The position numbers and the translations under genes are program-made. A stretch of 64,000 nt of DNA, taken from contig CM120642.1 of the NCBI GenBank assembly GCA_051362555.1, positions 13,888,001 to 13,952,000 on the forward strand, read 5' to 3'. Positions 28,301-40,500 of this stretch are shown one piece after another (the stretch's first letter is position 1; each line of letters begins with the position of its first letter). The stretch is from Lingula anatina (Eukaryota; Animalia; Brachiopoda). The notes below the pieces were generated by a model. The model had not been told where the DNA came from. It ran no database searches and saw nothing but the letters and a program-made list of their open reading frames with translations.

Positions 28301-31300
28301 TGGTCCATCTCCACAGGGTCCCTCGCAAAATTGCTTTCAGCCCAAGCGGCTTAGATGTCTGGGACGGCCACTAAAGCTGCTAAACGATAGTTAATTACCC
28401 TCTATCAGTCTCAGCAGGCATGACAGACATCTAAGCTGACCAAGGTAATTGCAATTAAGCGAGAATCCACTCGGAGATTGTTCGATCCAAAGTTAGTACG
28501 ATAGTCTCTGGGAATGGTCTCTTAGATGAAAATGATGAGATGCCAGACACTTATTCAGAAACCCACATAGTGCAGATTGTAAGCAGTGATAACTGTTCTG
28601 CCCAAGAGTATTGCAAACTTTAGCAATAAGCTTATATTCTTGATTTTTACAAATAGATTAAAAAAGAACTTGATACCAGTTCTGTTGTAAACTTTTACGA
28701 TATGACAAGATAAACTCAGAATTCTATATATAACAAGTTGGGCCATGTTATTGTAATCTTCTGAAAAAAAGTATGGCTTAGACATGTTTGTCTTTTATCC
28801 ACATTTCAAATTGCAATTTTGAATTTGTCTTCAAAATTGAAGTGCTTGAAAACTGAACACCTTTCAAAGCATTAATTATGAGAGTGTTTTAAAACCTAGC
28901 CTCTGCTGTTCAAAGGTGTTATTTTCCTGTTTCTCTACCCTGTACTTTAGTTTTTATTTTCTCCACCAGGTGTCAGGCATGCATCGTGGGTATGGTCACC
29001 ACACCAGTAGTAGCCCCCCTGATATGGTAGGTTACACGTGAGGGGATGTCAGTACTGGGTAGACTTTAAAAAGACTTCTATAAGTGAGATGTTGACATAA
29101 TGTCTCTCTAAACCATTGTGTGAAATTCTTTTAATGGAATAGATATTTACAAAATGTCTCTGTCATCCCTGATGGCACATTTCAGATTGTTTGGTCACAA
29201 AAGTTTCAGTTCTCATCTTGTGACCACTTACTGAACAGTGCCATCTACAGGTGAAATTGTATACTTGCCTGTTTGAGGCTTTGCATGATATTTTGGAAGT
29301 GAAATATTTGTTGTAATATTTTGAGAATAGACCTCTGAGGGGTTGTCTCTTCTTTTGTTTAATATGCCAGTTAGAGCTATAAAACTGCCAATGCAGTTTA
29401 CTGGACCCTTAAAGGGGTAGTGTATATCATTTTAAGTGTTCCCATGTAGTTTTATTACAGTTATGTTAGTGGAGGAAATTTTATAGTGGAAAGTTGTTAA
29501 ATTTAACACCAGGCAAAGAAGTATTTACTCAGCTGGGTATTTTGATATTTAACAATTCTCATGTGTATCTCGAGATCCAGTAATGCAGCCTTAGTTGTAG
29601 ATTTACTTATTCCCAACATCTGCAATTATGTTTTCTAAACTTACTCTTTACTGAGAATGTCTCATGATTCAGAAATAATTCATAGTAGAAATTACAAAAG
29701 TGTATTGGACAGATTGCATCAGATGGATACAGTGTTTGCAGTTTAGATGACAGAAAACTTGTGGGACCATGGAAAAGAAGCTCCTCAAACATTTGTAGAA
29801 AACTGGAAAAACAAATGTGGAACTCTTGCTTCTGGTCACAGGCCAGACTTTTGTTCTGGCAATCAGAAACAGTGACTTCTTTCATGAAAGTGTAATAAGG
29901 AACAAGCAAATTGATGAAAAGCCGGGTTGTTCAAAATTGAATAAGCATTTATGTCAGAAATCTGTTCTGTTAAACAATGTCATTGTTTATCTGTTGTCAC
30001 TGGATAACATTTGTCTGATAACATTTTTTTTTTCAAGAGAGCATTCACATCGAGAAGAGCCGAGGTCTAGCAAGGCCGAGACCTAAATATGGCAGCTCTT
30101 CTCGATGTGAATGCTCTCCAAGTTAATGTTGCAAGTTAAGTAATGTAGGCAGTAAAGACTCCATAATTATGCACCTGAGGCAATTATTGGCTTCATAGAT
30201 TTGCTGGAGAGGATGTGGTCATGCAGGAGAAGTAAAAATATAAAATCATATTCAAACTCCATTGTTAAGGGAGGAGCAAGAATTATAGAAGATGGCAAGC
30301 ACAATACCAAAACATGCATGCTTTGCTAAGCAAGTAAAAAACAACAGGATTTTTGCATCAGTAGTGACCTATTTAAGAATCTGTGTCCTCTTGGCTTGAC
30401 TGAAGAAACTTTCTTCATAAATAACACAACTTACACAAGTAAAACACCAGTCCAGTGGATAAAGCCAACAGTACTATCGAACTGTTTGTAGGATCTTGTT
30501 TTCCTTCCTGCAATGTTTGTAAAATGACAATTGATATAAAACCATACTTTCAGGGTATAACAGTGGGTAATTCAAAAAGAAATGTATCATTTCTCAGGAA
30601 GCTTACTGCTGCTTCTTTTTGAAAGACTTTACAGACATTTATGATATTGTGTACCAAAAATGTTTTTACAGGTACATGTTTTGCCTCCCAGAGACATCAT
30701 CAAAAACAAGAACTCTTAGTCATTGCCTTTTTAAAACTTGAGAAGAATTATTTTTGTAAAACATGGTCATACCAAAATGAGGTAGATTTTACAATACCAG
30801 TTGTTGTTTTGCCTTTGAAAAGGAAGTGGTTTCTTTTTGTAGAATTAGTGAGTTTAAGTGGTGTAATGTTTCAAACTAAGGGCAATATTTTATCGTACAT
30901 TTTTGTTAAAAGCAAGATGCCATCTGGTAGAGAGAGAGAAAGAGAAAACGAATTGATGGATATGATTATATAACTTGTTTGTAGATACTTTGTTAGTGTC
31001 CCAACATAAAGGTACGGGTACAAGACTGGTACCTTAATTATACCATTAATTACTTTGTCACTGCAAAGTTTTTGATGTAAAGAGTTAAACTACAAGTTTG
31101 ATTAAAGACCTAAGTGTGACTGCGCCTATATTTCTTGCCCTTGAAACTATTCAGTACTGTTTCGTAAATTAATGTTTTTGAGTGGCGAACAGAAGTGCCC
31201 CTAAACTGTAAATGTAAATTCAACTTGAAGGAAGTCTTATGTGTATTAAGTCAGTTCTAAACTGTAGTGTTATATTTTTGAAAGTGTTGATATTTTTTGG

Positions 31301-33510
31301 TTAAGTATTATTTTCTGAAGTTAGGTTTTTGTCCTACAGCATTTGTAACTTTATAAACAAGTGAGTGGGTTTTGAATATATAGTGATATCAGTTAAATTG
31401 ATACTTCACATGTATATCTAAGCCTTGGTCCATTCAGTGAGCTACTGACAAAGCAAGCAAACATAAATCAACTCTAGTTTTCAAGATGTTACCTTAGTTC
31501 ATATAATAATTACTCAACATTTCTTATGAAAAATCCTTTATAAAAAAGACCAAAGAGTAAAAGGCTTGTAGCTTGCTGTGTTGGACAGACTTTGTGAAAA
31601 CTGGTTTTTAAAGCCCGGGTTTTGGTTGCACAAAAGAAGTTGAATTAAAAGTTGAGCTCATTTTTTTTCTTAATATTTTAACCTGATTTGACCTTAGATA
31701 AATCTTGGTTTTCCTAAATGGGCATTTTGGGTCTTCATTACAAAAAGTTTTAGCTGGGATTGAAGAACAAAAATTTCAGAAGTTGAGACCAAGTTTTGTC
31801 CAAGTGACAACATATTATGTGGACATTTCTCAAAAGAAACAAACCATTTGTGAAATTATCATCTCAGTCTTTCTTAAGAGATGTAATTAACTTAGGGTAT
31901 ATTTGGGTATTCATGTCAAAGTCATGAATTTTGTGATGTCAATTTTGTTAAATGTGTTCTATTGTTTTACACTGATTTTGTCTTTATGATCATTTATAGT
32001 AATTTACTAACACTGTGGAGCGTCTCATATTTAGCTGAACATGTTTTTGTAGTCAGATCATGGTTAAGGCATTTTTAGATTTATTCTGTATGAATCATAT
32101 GTTAGAAATACCATACAGCACCTTAGTACAATGTGCAGGATTTTAGAAAATCTCATTTTTGTTGAAGTAAACTGTCAGCAACTGGTCTTACTGTCATAAA
32201 AATATTTTACAAGTGTAACCAGTTTTCATTATCACTTTTGTAAACTTTTTGCATGTGTTATACAACACATTTTATTTAAAGTGTGGATAATGACAGTGAC
32301 AACGTAGCAACTACAATTATATGCGAGTCAGTTTTTGGTGATTTAACCCAGAATTGATTATGTAAGCATTATAGCTTCATATGGCATGCAAAAAAAAATA
32401 TGTATAAATGACCTTTTCATTTTGTAACCACTGACTGTAATATCTGCTTATAAAGAGAAAGCATTCTTTCCCTTAATGTTACATTAGAGTTGTATGTATG
32501 TAATAATATGTATTGTAAGTTTCATGCCCTCATGGAACTAGAAATAAATTAAATGATATACACAAATTATTGAATGATTTTTATCACCTTTATATATGTA
32601 CCTACCTTCACTAACCTTCAACACTTTTATTTGCTTTTGTTGTTTGCTTTATTTATTGATTTATCACAATGCACCCTCAATGTCTACTTTGTGTATGTTA
32701 GCTCTTTTCGTTTCAGTAATCACACTATTGCAAACCTTTTTTCTTATTTCAATTATCCTTGTTTCATAATTTATACTAATTGTTCACAGATCTGCTTAGA
32801 GTTTGCACTTCAGACTAACAGAATGTAACAAATTATTATAATCCATTCAAACTTAATTTTATCCCGCCTTGCACATTTTTGCATATGACCTCGACCCTTG
32901 CCCTAAGCCTTTTTTCTCCTCTGTTGGCTTAAACCTACACTTCTTACATGTCTGCATGCAGATAAAAAAAAAAATCAATCCATAATATAAAGAAATGTGA
33001 TGTGATGGAAATAAATCCAAGTAATCATCAGGCATGCCATTTTCATCATCAACACAAAATTCTGTTTTTATCACCAGTGCATGGTTTGAAAGCTTTCAAG
33101 CTAGAAGCAGATCTGTTGAACAAATTTTTTAGGATTTTTGTGGGAAAAGGGTTTATTATTTTTGCTGAAGTGCATCATTCACTTTTGAGATTTTAATGCA
33201 TGAAATGTTTGGTTTCTCAAACACATTTGGTTGCCAAAATTGCACTGTATGGAATTTGTGCTTCTTGTAATAAAAAAAAAAAAGCAAGTAAGCAACTGAT
33301 TTTGCATGTCATGGCAAACTGAAAATGAACCAAAAGGATTGAAGGTCACATCACGTTTCTTTTTAGGGTTCAAGAGATGGAGGTAGTCGAACGACTTCAC
33401 CCGGAGGGGAGGACAGCAATAGTTTCCCAAACATTCATGATTTGAACAGCAATTCTGGAGATGGCAGTTACCATGATGATGAGCCCTCCAACAAAAGGCC
33501 TAAGGTCTAA
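16265..33510 (+). CDS. PBX: PBX/extradenticle TALE-class homeobox protein, 5'-partial (first exons not found, presumably upstream of the window)
   Basis: GT-AG exons in continuous frame: 16265-16503 ([36 protein letters not shown]...YEQ), 16781-16971 ([22 protein letters not shown]...RFLDAR), 23306-23441 ([45 protein letters not shown]), 24189-24312 or 24360-24483 (helix 3, [10 protein letters not shown]), 25446-25537 (..[18 protein letters not shown]), 27149-27217 ([14 protein letters not shown]..), 28970-29026 (or read-through to TGA at 29041), 33367-33510. The PBC domain and TALE PYP loop are diagnostic. Confidence 0.97.
24189..24312 (+). CDS. PBX: PBX homeodomain helix-3 exon, canonical copy A (mutually exclusive exon)
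   Basis: tttctag|GTT...GAA G|gtaagc; 124 nt, phase 0 to 1; [41 protein letters not shown]. Confidence 0.95.
24360..24483 (+). CDS. PBX: PBX homeodomain helix-3 exon, divergent duplicate copy B (mutually exclusive exon)
   Basis: ataccctag|GTT...CAA G|gtatgt; 124 nt, same phases as copy A, no stop; [41 protein letters not shown]. Confidence 0.88.
24781..24811. repeat. (CA)n microsatellite
   Basis: Read directly from sequence. Confidence 0.95.
25349..25398. repeat. (AAAT)n microsatellite
   Basis: Read directly from sequence. Confidence 0.95.
28265..28521. mobile_element. MITE family A copy (ATTCCCA...GATCGATC...TGGGAATG)
   Basis: Fold-back structure, similar to copies at 42.0-42.4 kb, 45.9 kb and 62.2 kb; TAA/TTA flanks. 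Confidence 0.75.
30037..30118. mobile_element. 82-bp mini-MITE hairpin
   Basis: Perfect 24-bp inverted repeat GAGAGCATTCACATCGAGAAGAGC, flanked by 3-bp direct repeat CAA (Harbinger-like TSD length). Confidence 0.75.
33367..33510 (+). CDS. PBX: Putative distal (alternative) last coding exon of PBX
   Basis: Polypyrimidine tract plus ttttag acceptor; phase 0 matches the donor ATG|gtaggt at 29026; open for 47 codons [16 protein letters not shown]...EPSNKRPKV* in a GC-richer patch within AT-rich DNA. Confidence 0.7.
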   Translation, partial: GSRDGGSRTTSPGGEDSNSFPNIHDLNSNSGDGSYHDDEPSNKRPKV

Positions 33511-36500
33511 GAAAGTCCAGGTCACTGTCCTCAATGTCAAAGTTCAAGGCCATCATCACTGTGAAAGAAGAATGGCTGAAGAACTTATGTGAACTGTCTC
33601 AAGAATATGTTGGATTTTTATGCAGTTCTTTACATGTGTGTATGTATATGAGCTGTTCTTTATTTAAGAAATTTGTTTGAATGTGTAGATGTTTAATGTG
33701 GATTATTTTCTTCCATGTAACATGTTACTCTGCCCCTATACTCTAGACAGAAAAAGGGAATTACTTTATGCAAATATGTAGTCACATTTTTCTTGAAAAC
33801 AAGCAGAAAACCCCAGAATAGTACATCCTGAACATTTTATGAAATATTGTTGGTCCTAGTTTTTCCTTGTTGCTCAAAAAATCAAAGGCCAATCCATCAT
33901 GTTTTAAGTCACTTTGTTATGGAAGATTAAATCAAAAGTTAAAGACAAAACCATTAGTTTTAGAGCAGTATGTTGATATGTTGCATGATCTTGCAACACG
34001 CTAGTCAGAAGTATTTTAAGCAGCACATATCATTTTAACCTTGGGGAGGGTGGATGTGTGTGTGGATTTGGCCAATTTGCAAAATGCTTCCAAGAAGTTA
34101 GCTGGTGCTGATATTGTTGGTTCATTCTTGATATTGAACCAATGAATGCCATCCAGAATGGTACCTTCATTATAAGAATACTTTTTTGTGTGGTCAATCA
34201 AAAAGACAGTCAGTGATGAAGTTTTCTTGTTGAATATAAAGTGGAAATGAACAATATTTTTAAAGATTTCCTTTTCAATATAACTGTAAACGAATTTTTC
34301 TTACTTTTGGCAGTGTTTTTTACATGAATATGTAAGTTAAACTTTAAAGTTTAAGACAATCCCTTTTGTTTGTTTTAGGTTTAATCCTTCTTGATCTCTC
34401 AAATAATTTATCCCTTCTACTTCCAATATCAGTTAAATACTAATTTTGTCACGGTTGCCATGAAGGCCTTGCATGATATCAGCTTGTTCTTTCAAGGGTA
34501 ATGGACAGTTTAATTCATCGGCTTGTCAAATAATAATGGGATTCATTACCCCTTCCACATAAAGTAAACAGTTTTACCTATTGGTGCCTGAAAACTGAAT
34601 GGGTGAGACAGATAGAGTATTGAAATAGTTGAATAACTGTCTTATCTGTATCTAGCCTAGTCATTATGAAAGATTATGTACCTACTAGAATTTTTGAAAA
34701 AGGTTACTTAAATTTAAGTAGTGGATAGCTGTAGGGTACATTAGTGTAACAATTTATATATATATTTTACTACGTGTTCTAGTCCTCTTTTTTTTTAATT
34801 TTTTAAGATAAATGTTATTGGTGCTGTTTAAAGTAAGTGGACATGCAAAATTCACATTAATGGATTGTTCTGTTATGTTTTATACTACTTTAAGAGAGAC
34901 ACATTTCCATAAATTAAGTGTTCATACCAAGACACAAATCTTTTCAAATTTATTCATGGTGAAATTAACAGTTTATATCTTGGGCATATGTTAGACTCTA
35001 TAAAAATGTATACCTTTTCTGAAAATTTTCAGTTGGCTTAATTTTAATTGTACACAGATACTATTACAAGGAGACACCTAAAATTTTGTCTTGTGGCTTT
35101 GTCTTAGTAAAGTGGCTGTCTTCAACATGGCATTTTTTATCTCAGTGAATTTTTACTTGAGAGTTAAATTAACTTCAGATGATTTTCAGCCTTCAAAGGA
35201 ACTTGCATATTTCAAAAAAGTTTTTTTTTTTTTAAACAAAGGTTTTCAATTATCTGAAATCACTTATTTGCAACATAAATTTCATGCTCCTTTTTTTGAC
35301 TGGTATGTCCATGTCTTATGAAGATCATTAAGATGATATTTGTAAAAAGTGCTGTTTATTTGCTTGGATTTATTGCTGTGTAATTCTATATATATACCAA
35401 AGGGAACAAACAGTATTGTACTTATATTATGGCAAATTGGTCCTCAAGACCTTAAAACAGATTTTTTTAGTATAAACCTTCCAAACCAGGTGAAACTCTT
35501 TGTTTTCAGAAAAATCAGGCAGCCCCCACTCAATATTATATTATTATTGCATCAGTGATACCCTGAAAGCGTTCTTGACTTTTATACGAGATGAGAATGT
35601 AAAGAAGCACAGTGGGGACAAATGTCTATGACAAAATGAGTTAAATCTGGTTTTAGAAATATTTATACCTCATCTAGCCTTCACTTATATTTTGAGTTAC
35701 TTCATTTTTGCAGTGGTACGGAATTTCAACTATTGTACTTTCCCCATAACAGTTGTATAATTATACTACTTCCCCCCCCCCCCCCCCCTCCTTTTAAAGA
35801 AAGTATTTGAAGTGGCTTGTTGGCTTCAGGATTCTTTCATGAGAGTACATATTTTAATGAGAATATTTTGGGATATATTTGCCAACACAAAATTGATGAA
35901 GTTCTTTTCCCAACTGACCTTGAAATCATAATAATTTTTTTTTTTCATTTATTATAATTATTTCAATTAAAAGTAGAAATCTAAAGTTTTTGTACCACTG
36001 ACATATGGTAATATGCAAGTGAAATATTCAGTCTCTTAAATTTAATTTTTTTTCTTATTAATTAAAATATTTATTTTTATTTTATTTTTTTCTGTACATA
36101 GGACAATTTTTCCAACTTTATTTCTGAACTTTGCTTTTTGGTTCACAATTAATTTGATGGTTGTAAAGTAATAGTTCAAAGCTGCATAACAAAGCGGAAT
36201 ATTCTTTTTGTTTGTGATATAAATTGTTTTAAAATGTGCTTTAGTAGAAGGTATATCTTCATGGTGCCTCTTTAGATTAACAGGCTAAACTTTTTTGTGC
36301 CTTTTTTCCAAACTAAATACAGAATCTCAGAAGCCGATAAAAGTCGATATAAAAAGTATATAGCAAACTGATCAGTGTACCATCTATTCATTGTCACTTA
36401 TCTTGGAATTTAAATGTATCAATAATTTAGATATTTAAGATGTGGCCTTTGAATGAGACCTTACCTGGCATATGTAGATTTTTAATAGAAATTACTGTTA

Positions 36501-37585
36501 TCATAACAATTTTCATAAAATAACAATGATTTATACATGTAGTACATTATTTGTATGTAATATATTGATAGAGAAATATTGTATTTTTCTGAAACATTTC
36601 AAATAAATGTTGCTTTGCTTTTAGTTGAATTTATAGGTGGGACTTGGATCATTTTGAACACTTTCTGGAGTTATTGGTTAAAAACATGATAAATTGGATA
36701 AAGGCATGGTGTAGAAAAACGAAATTTTGATTTCAAAGAGCATTCAACACTTCCTTACATAGATACTAATGCTACTTTGATCAAATGCAGATTCTGGCAT
36801 TGAAAAAAACTAGAAACAACTCATCAAATGGACAAGCATTGAAGATTGTTAATTTTCATTCATGCTGACCCTGCATGGGTAAACTTTACATCCTATATAA
36901 AAAGAAAACACCAAAGCAGGAAATTGTTTCGTTGACAATAGTATAATTCCCTGATCTAAGTAAGAGACCACATGAACTGAACACTGCCCGTTTGCAGTGC
37001 TTCTACTGTTGGCATTTAGTTTTATCAAGTCCGCTGTCATCACCAACACACTGACTATATTAAAAATCCAATACTTCACTTGTTTTACCTCTCACTCATT
37101 AATCTACACCCGTGGATTACTTCTAACTGTCAGCAACATAAAGGCGTTTTTGTGTCAAAACAAAGCCTATTTCTTATTAACAATATGACTTGCAGTTGCC
37201 ATGTTTAAAAGATTACCTTCCAAGTACTGTTCTGAAAAACTTCTGCAACTCATGACTGCACAAAGGTATATAATGTTAACAGATGAAGATAAATCAAATC
37301 GTTAAATATATATTTAAAACTGATGTGAAAGACTATGTTGCATGAAGTATTGAGTATGAATGAATTATTGAGTACGAATGAATTATGTTGAGAAAAAAAA
37401 ATTGAAAGTGCAAGCATAATCCATTTTAAGTATTGCACCAATAACTAGCCCCTCCAAAATTTGATTGTTAAAAAGTTACTCTGAATGTGACCAACCTGGA
37501 GTGTTACTTTGACACTAAAAGTGAATGCCTAAATGGGTTCCTGTACTGATGCAGTAACTTTATTCAAATGTTCCATCAGGAGTAT

Positions 37586-40500
37586 TTAAATATCATCTTT
37601 TATTTGAGATGCAGGAGTATTAAAGAAATTACCAGTGTGAGTAGAGACGCTTGATGTTAAAACAAGTTTGCATGCATCACACAGGCTTCCTATGTCACTG
37701 CCCCATCTCACAGCTTCAATCTTCCTATCTATGGCGCCCTGAGAATCACAGCCTGGCCAGCAGCATTCCACAAGGTGGGCTAGGCCATCTGGGCTGTTTT
37801 TCTTGGAAAATAATCTATAGGCTGGGGCAGTCTGAACCTGGTCCACAGCGCAATACCAATTCTCATCATCATCAGTAACTTCAATCAGTTCTCTAGAACA
37901 GTTTAAAAAATTATTGCCAGGAATTTTATTACCCTGGATTCCTTCTGTTGAGTTGAGATTAACACCCTGGTCTTCTGTAGATTCATACCAGTCATTCTTC
38001 TTACAAGTCGTGGTATATCTAGAAGTTACACCTGAGCAATTTTCATTTAAACCATCGCCATCATCATCATCATCATCCCAGGTTTCAAGTAATCCCCATT
38101 CTCCGTCTTTCCATTTCGTGTAAGCACCTTTACTGTCTTCTTGTGCTGCAACTGTTGCTGAGGCAGTATCAGCATCCCAATCTTCTTCCCAATTACACTG
38201 ATTCTGCTGATACTGTGAGTCCCAAGTCGGGTTGGAGGAGCACTGGTTATCTACAGTGTTAGAGTTCCCAACACCTATGTTGTCCTCTATGCATGAGTCA
38301 CTGTGAGATGACACAGAGCTCTCGGTGTCTGAATAACAGAAGTAATCCTCTAGATTCAGGGTGTGTGTTACTGCCGTCTCTGTAGCATTTAGACTTACGT
38401 CTGCTCCTTCAAGAACATCCCTGTAAAAAGAAAAGAAACTATCATTTGAAAATATTCCCAAGTAAATGGAATATAAATTCTATCATGTGGAAAACATGTC
38501 TCAAATCACATCACTTCTGTATTTCTTTTAATTTTATTCATTTTTATTTTCATTAGTTTAAGTTGTTTCCAGTCAGGTTAAATACGTTGGCTGTGGTGGA
38601 ATTATTGTTATCAGAGGGCCTAGTGAGATGGGTTGGATCAAGACACATTGCCTCAACTAAGAGCAAGACCTAATTTAGTCATGTGGACAACCCAACAAGC
38701 TTAAAAGTACTTTTACAGCATGATATTGGGAGAATTTTTTCAACTTAAAGAAAAAGAACACTTCAATACATCAGTATATTGGAAATCTTTTACCTTAAAA
38801 TGCCCATGTCTCCTCCACACAAATGTTTGACATCTGTGAACCTGGCCACAGCATCCAAAGGCACCTGCACAGTTACTGGCCTGGGACCATAAAATAGAGA
38901 TAAAATGATAAATTGATATCGGTGCAAAACACCCAAATTCAGCACATTTCAGTATTGTCTAATTCCAGCTGTTTGCTTCACTTTTTTGTGTTAAAACGAT
39001 AGGCGTTCAGAAATGGACCATCTCTTATCAATATCAGTTAAGTGATGTAAAAATAATAAGGCCTAATAGGTCAGGTTCCTAATAAAATGCAATCTGATCA
39101 ATGAATTAAGACAGTCACTGATCTCATAAATCTGCTAGTCTGGTAGTGTTGTCAGTCACAAATTTCTGGTACAATTTCAACCATTTGTAAAAACAGCAAG
39201 TTTCTTTTTCATGTACCTAATTTAGCATGCTTCAGTTGAGTTTCTGTCTAAATCTTTAGGTAAATATTGCTGCCAAAGCAGAATGATGACACATCCTCTG
39301 TTCCCAAAGTTGATAGTAATTTGAAAAAGAATGCCTCTCCATTCTCAGACGCATGTAATATCTAAAGAACACATCCTTTATAGCCTAATCACATGAAAAT
39401 TCTTTCAGATAAACTGAGACCAAGCAGACAATAAAATTGTGTTATCTAAAAATATAACCTACCCTCTATCTCCTAAGATATATTCATCTGCATCATCTCC
39501 ATGCTGTCTCTGATAAAGTACATTGGAATATGCCAATTCTTGGATACGCTTTGTGGCTGCAGCCAGAATCTGCTCCTCTATACTGCCCTCGGGTTGTTTG
39601 TATGGGAAAACATGCTCTGCTATCTAAACAAAAAATCATCGTGTAAAATGACACAATGCATGGAAAATGTTTAAGCATTGATATCCCAAAGAGGTTTATC
39701 ATTAACAACAAAAAGTTAACCTTTTAGGAACGTTACACATTACAACTAGCAGTAAATAATTCAGTCAACCTCTGTTTCTATTTCTATGCCAGTAAGTTTT
39801 TCTATTTTTCAAACATCAAGAGGCCATATCATAATAAAAGTAGAAAAATAAAACTTGAAATCTTTTCAAGTTGACATGCAGAATACTACCTATCCTATAT
39901 ATTTGTTTCCCAAACTTACAATGCTATAACACTGAATATCTTCAATATCATGTGCACCAGGCTTGCTATGGGGCAGTCTCTCAAATATTGCCAGCTGAGA
40001 ACAAAAACCTACATCAGTTCCCTCTGGTGGCTCACCAACACCACCAAACTCCACTGTGTATCCATGTAAACGAGCCAGATTGAGACACCTGAAATGCAAC
40101 AAAAATTTTTTGAAGATCTAACAGGGGATGTCATCAATATAAGGAATTGTTTTGTTGCAAAATGTAACTACTCATTTATAAGCATGATTCAACACAAAAA
40201 CAGATCAAGGCAAAAAAATAGAAATATTCCTAAACAATTATTTAAAATATAAATTTTTGTCTATATTTTAAGGTAATATTCAATTGTGGACACAGAAACT
40301 GACACACAGAGAGAAACAGCTTATAAAATTACTGCCATAACTTTCCCCCCAATTTTCCGGCTTTGAACATTTTCTATACTATCCTGTCTACACAAAAGGA
40401 AAGAAATCTTCAAATGATGAAAAGTCACATATTCATTGCAGTACTTTTGGCCAAGTATTATCAAATTCACACACAGGCACTACCACCTGGTTTTCTGCCT

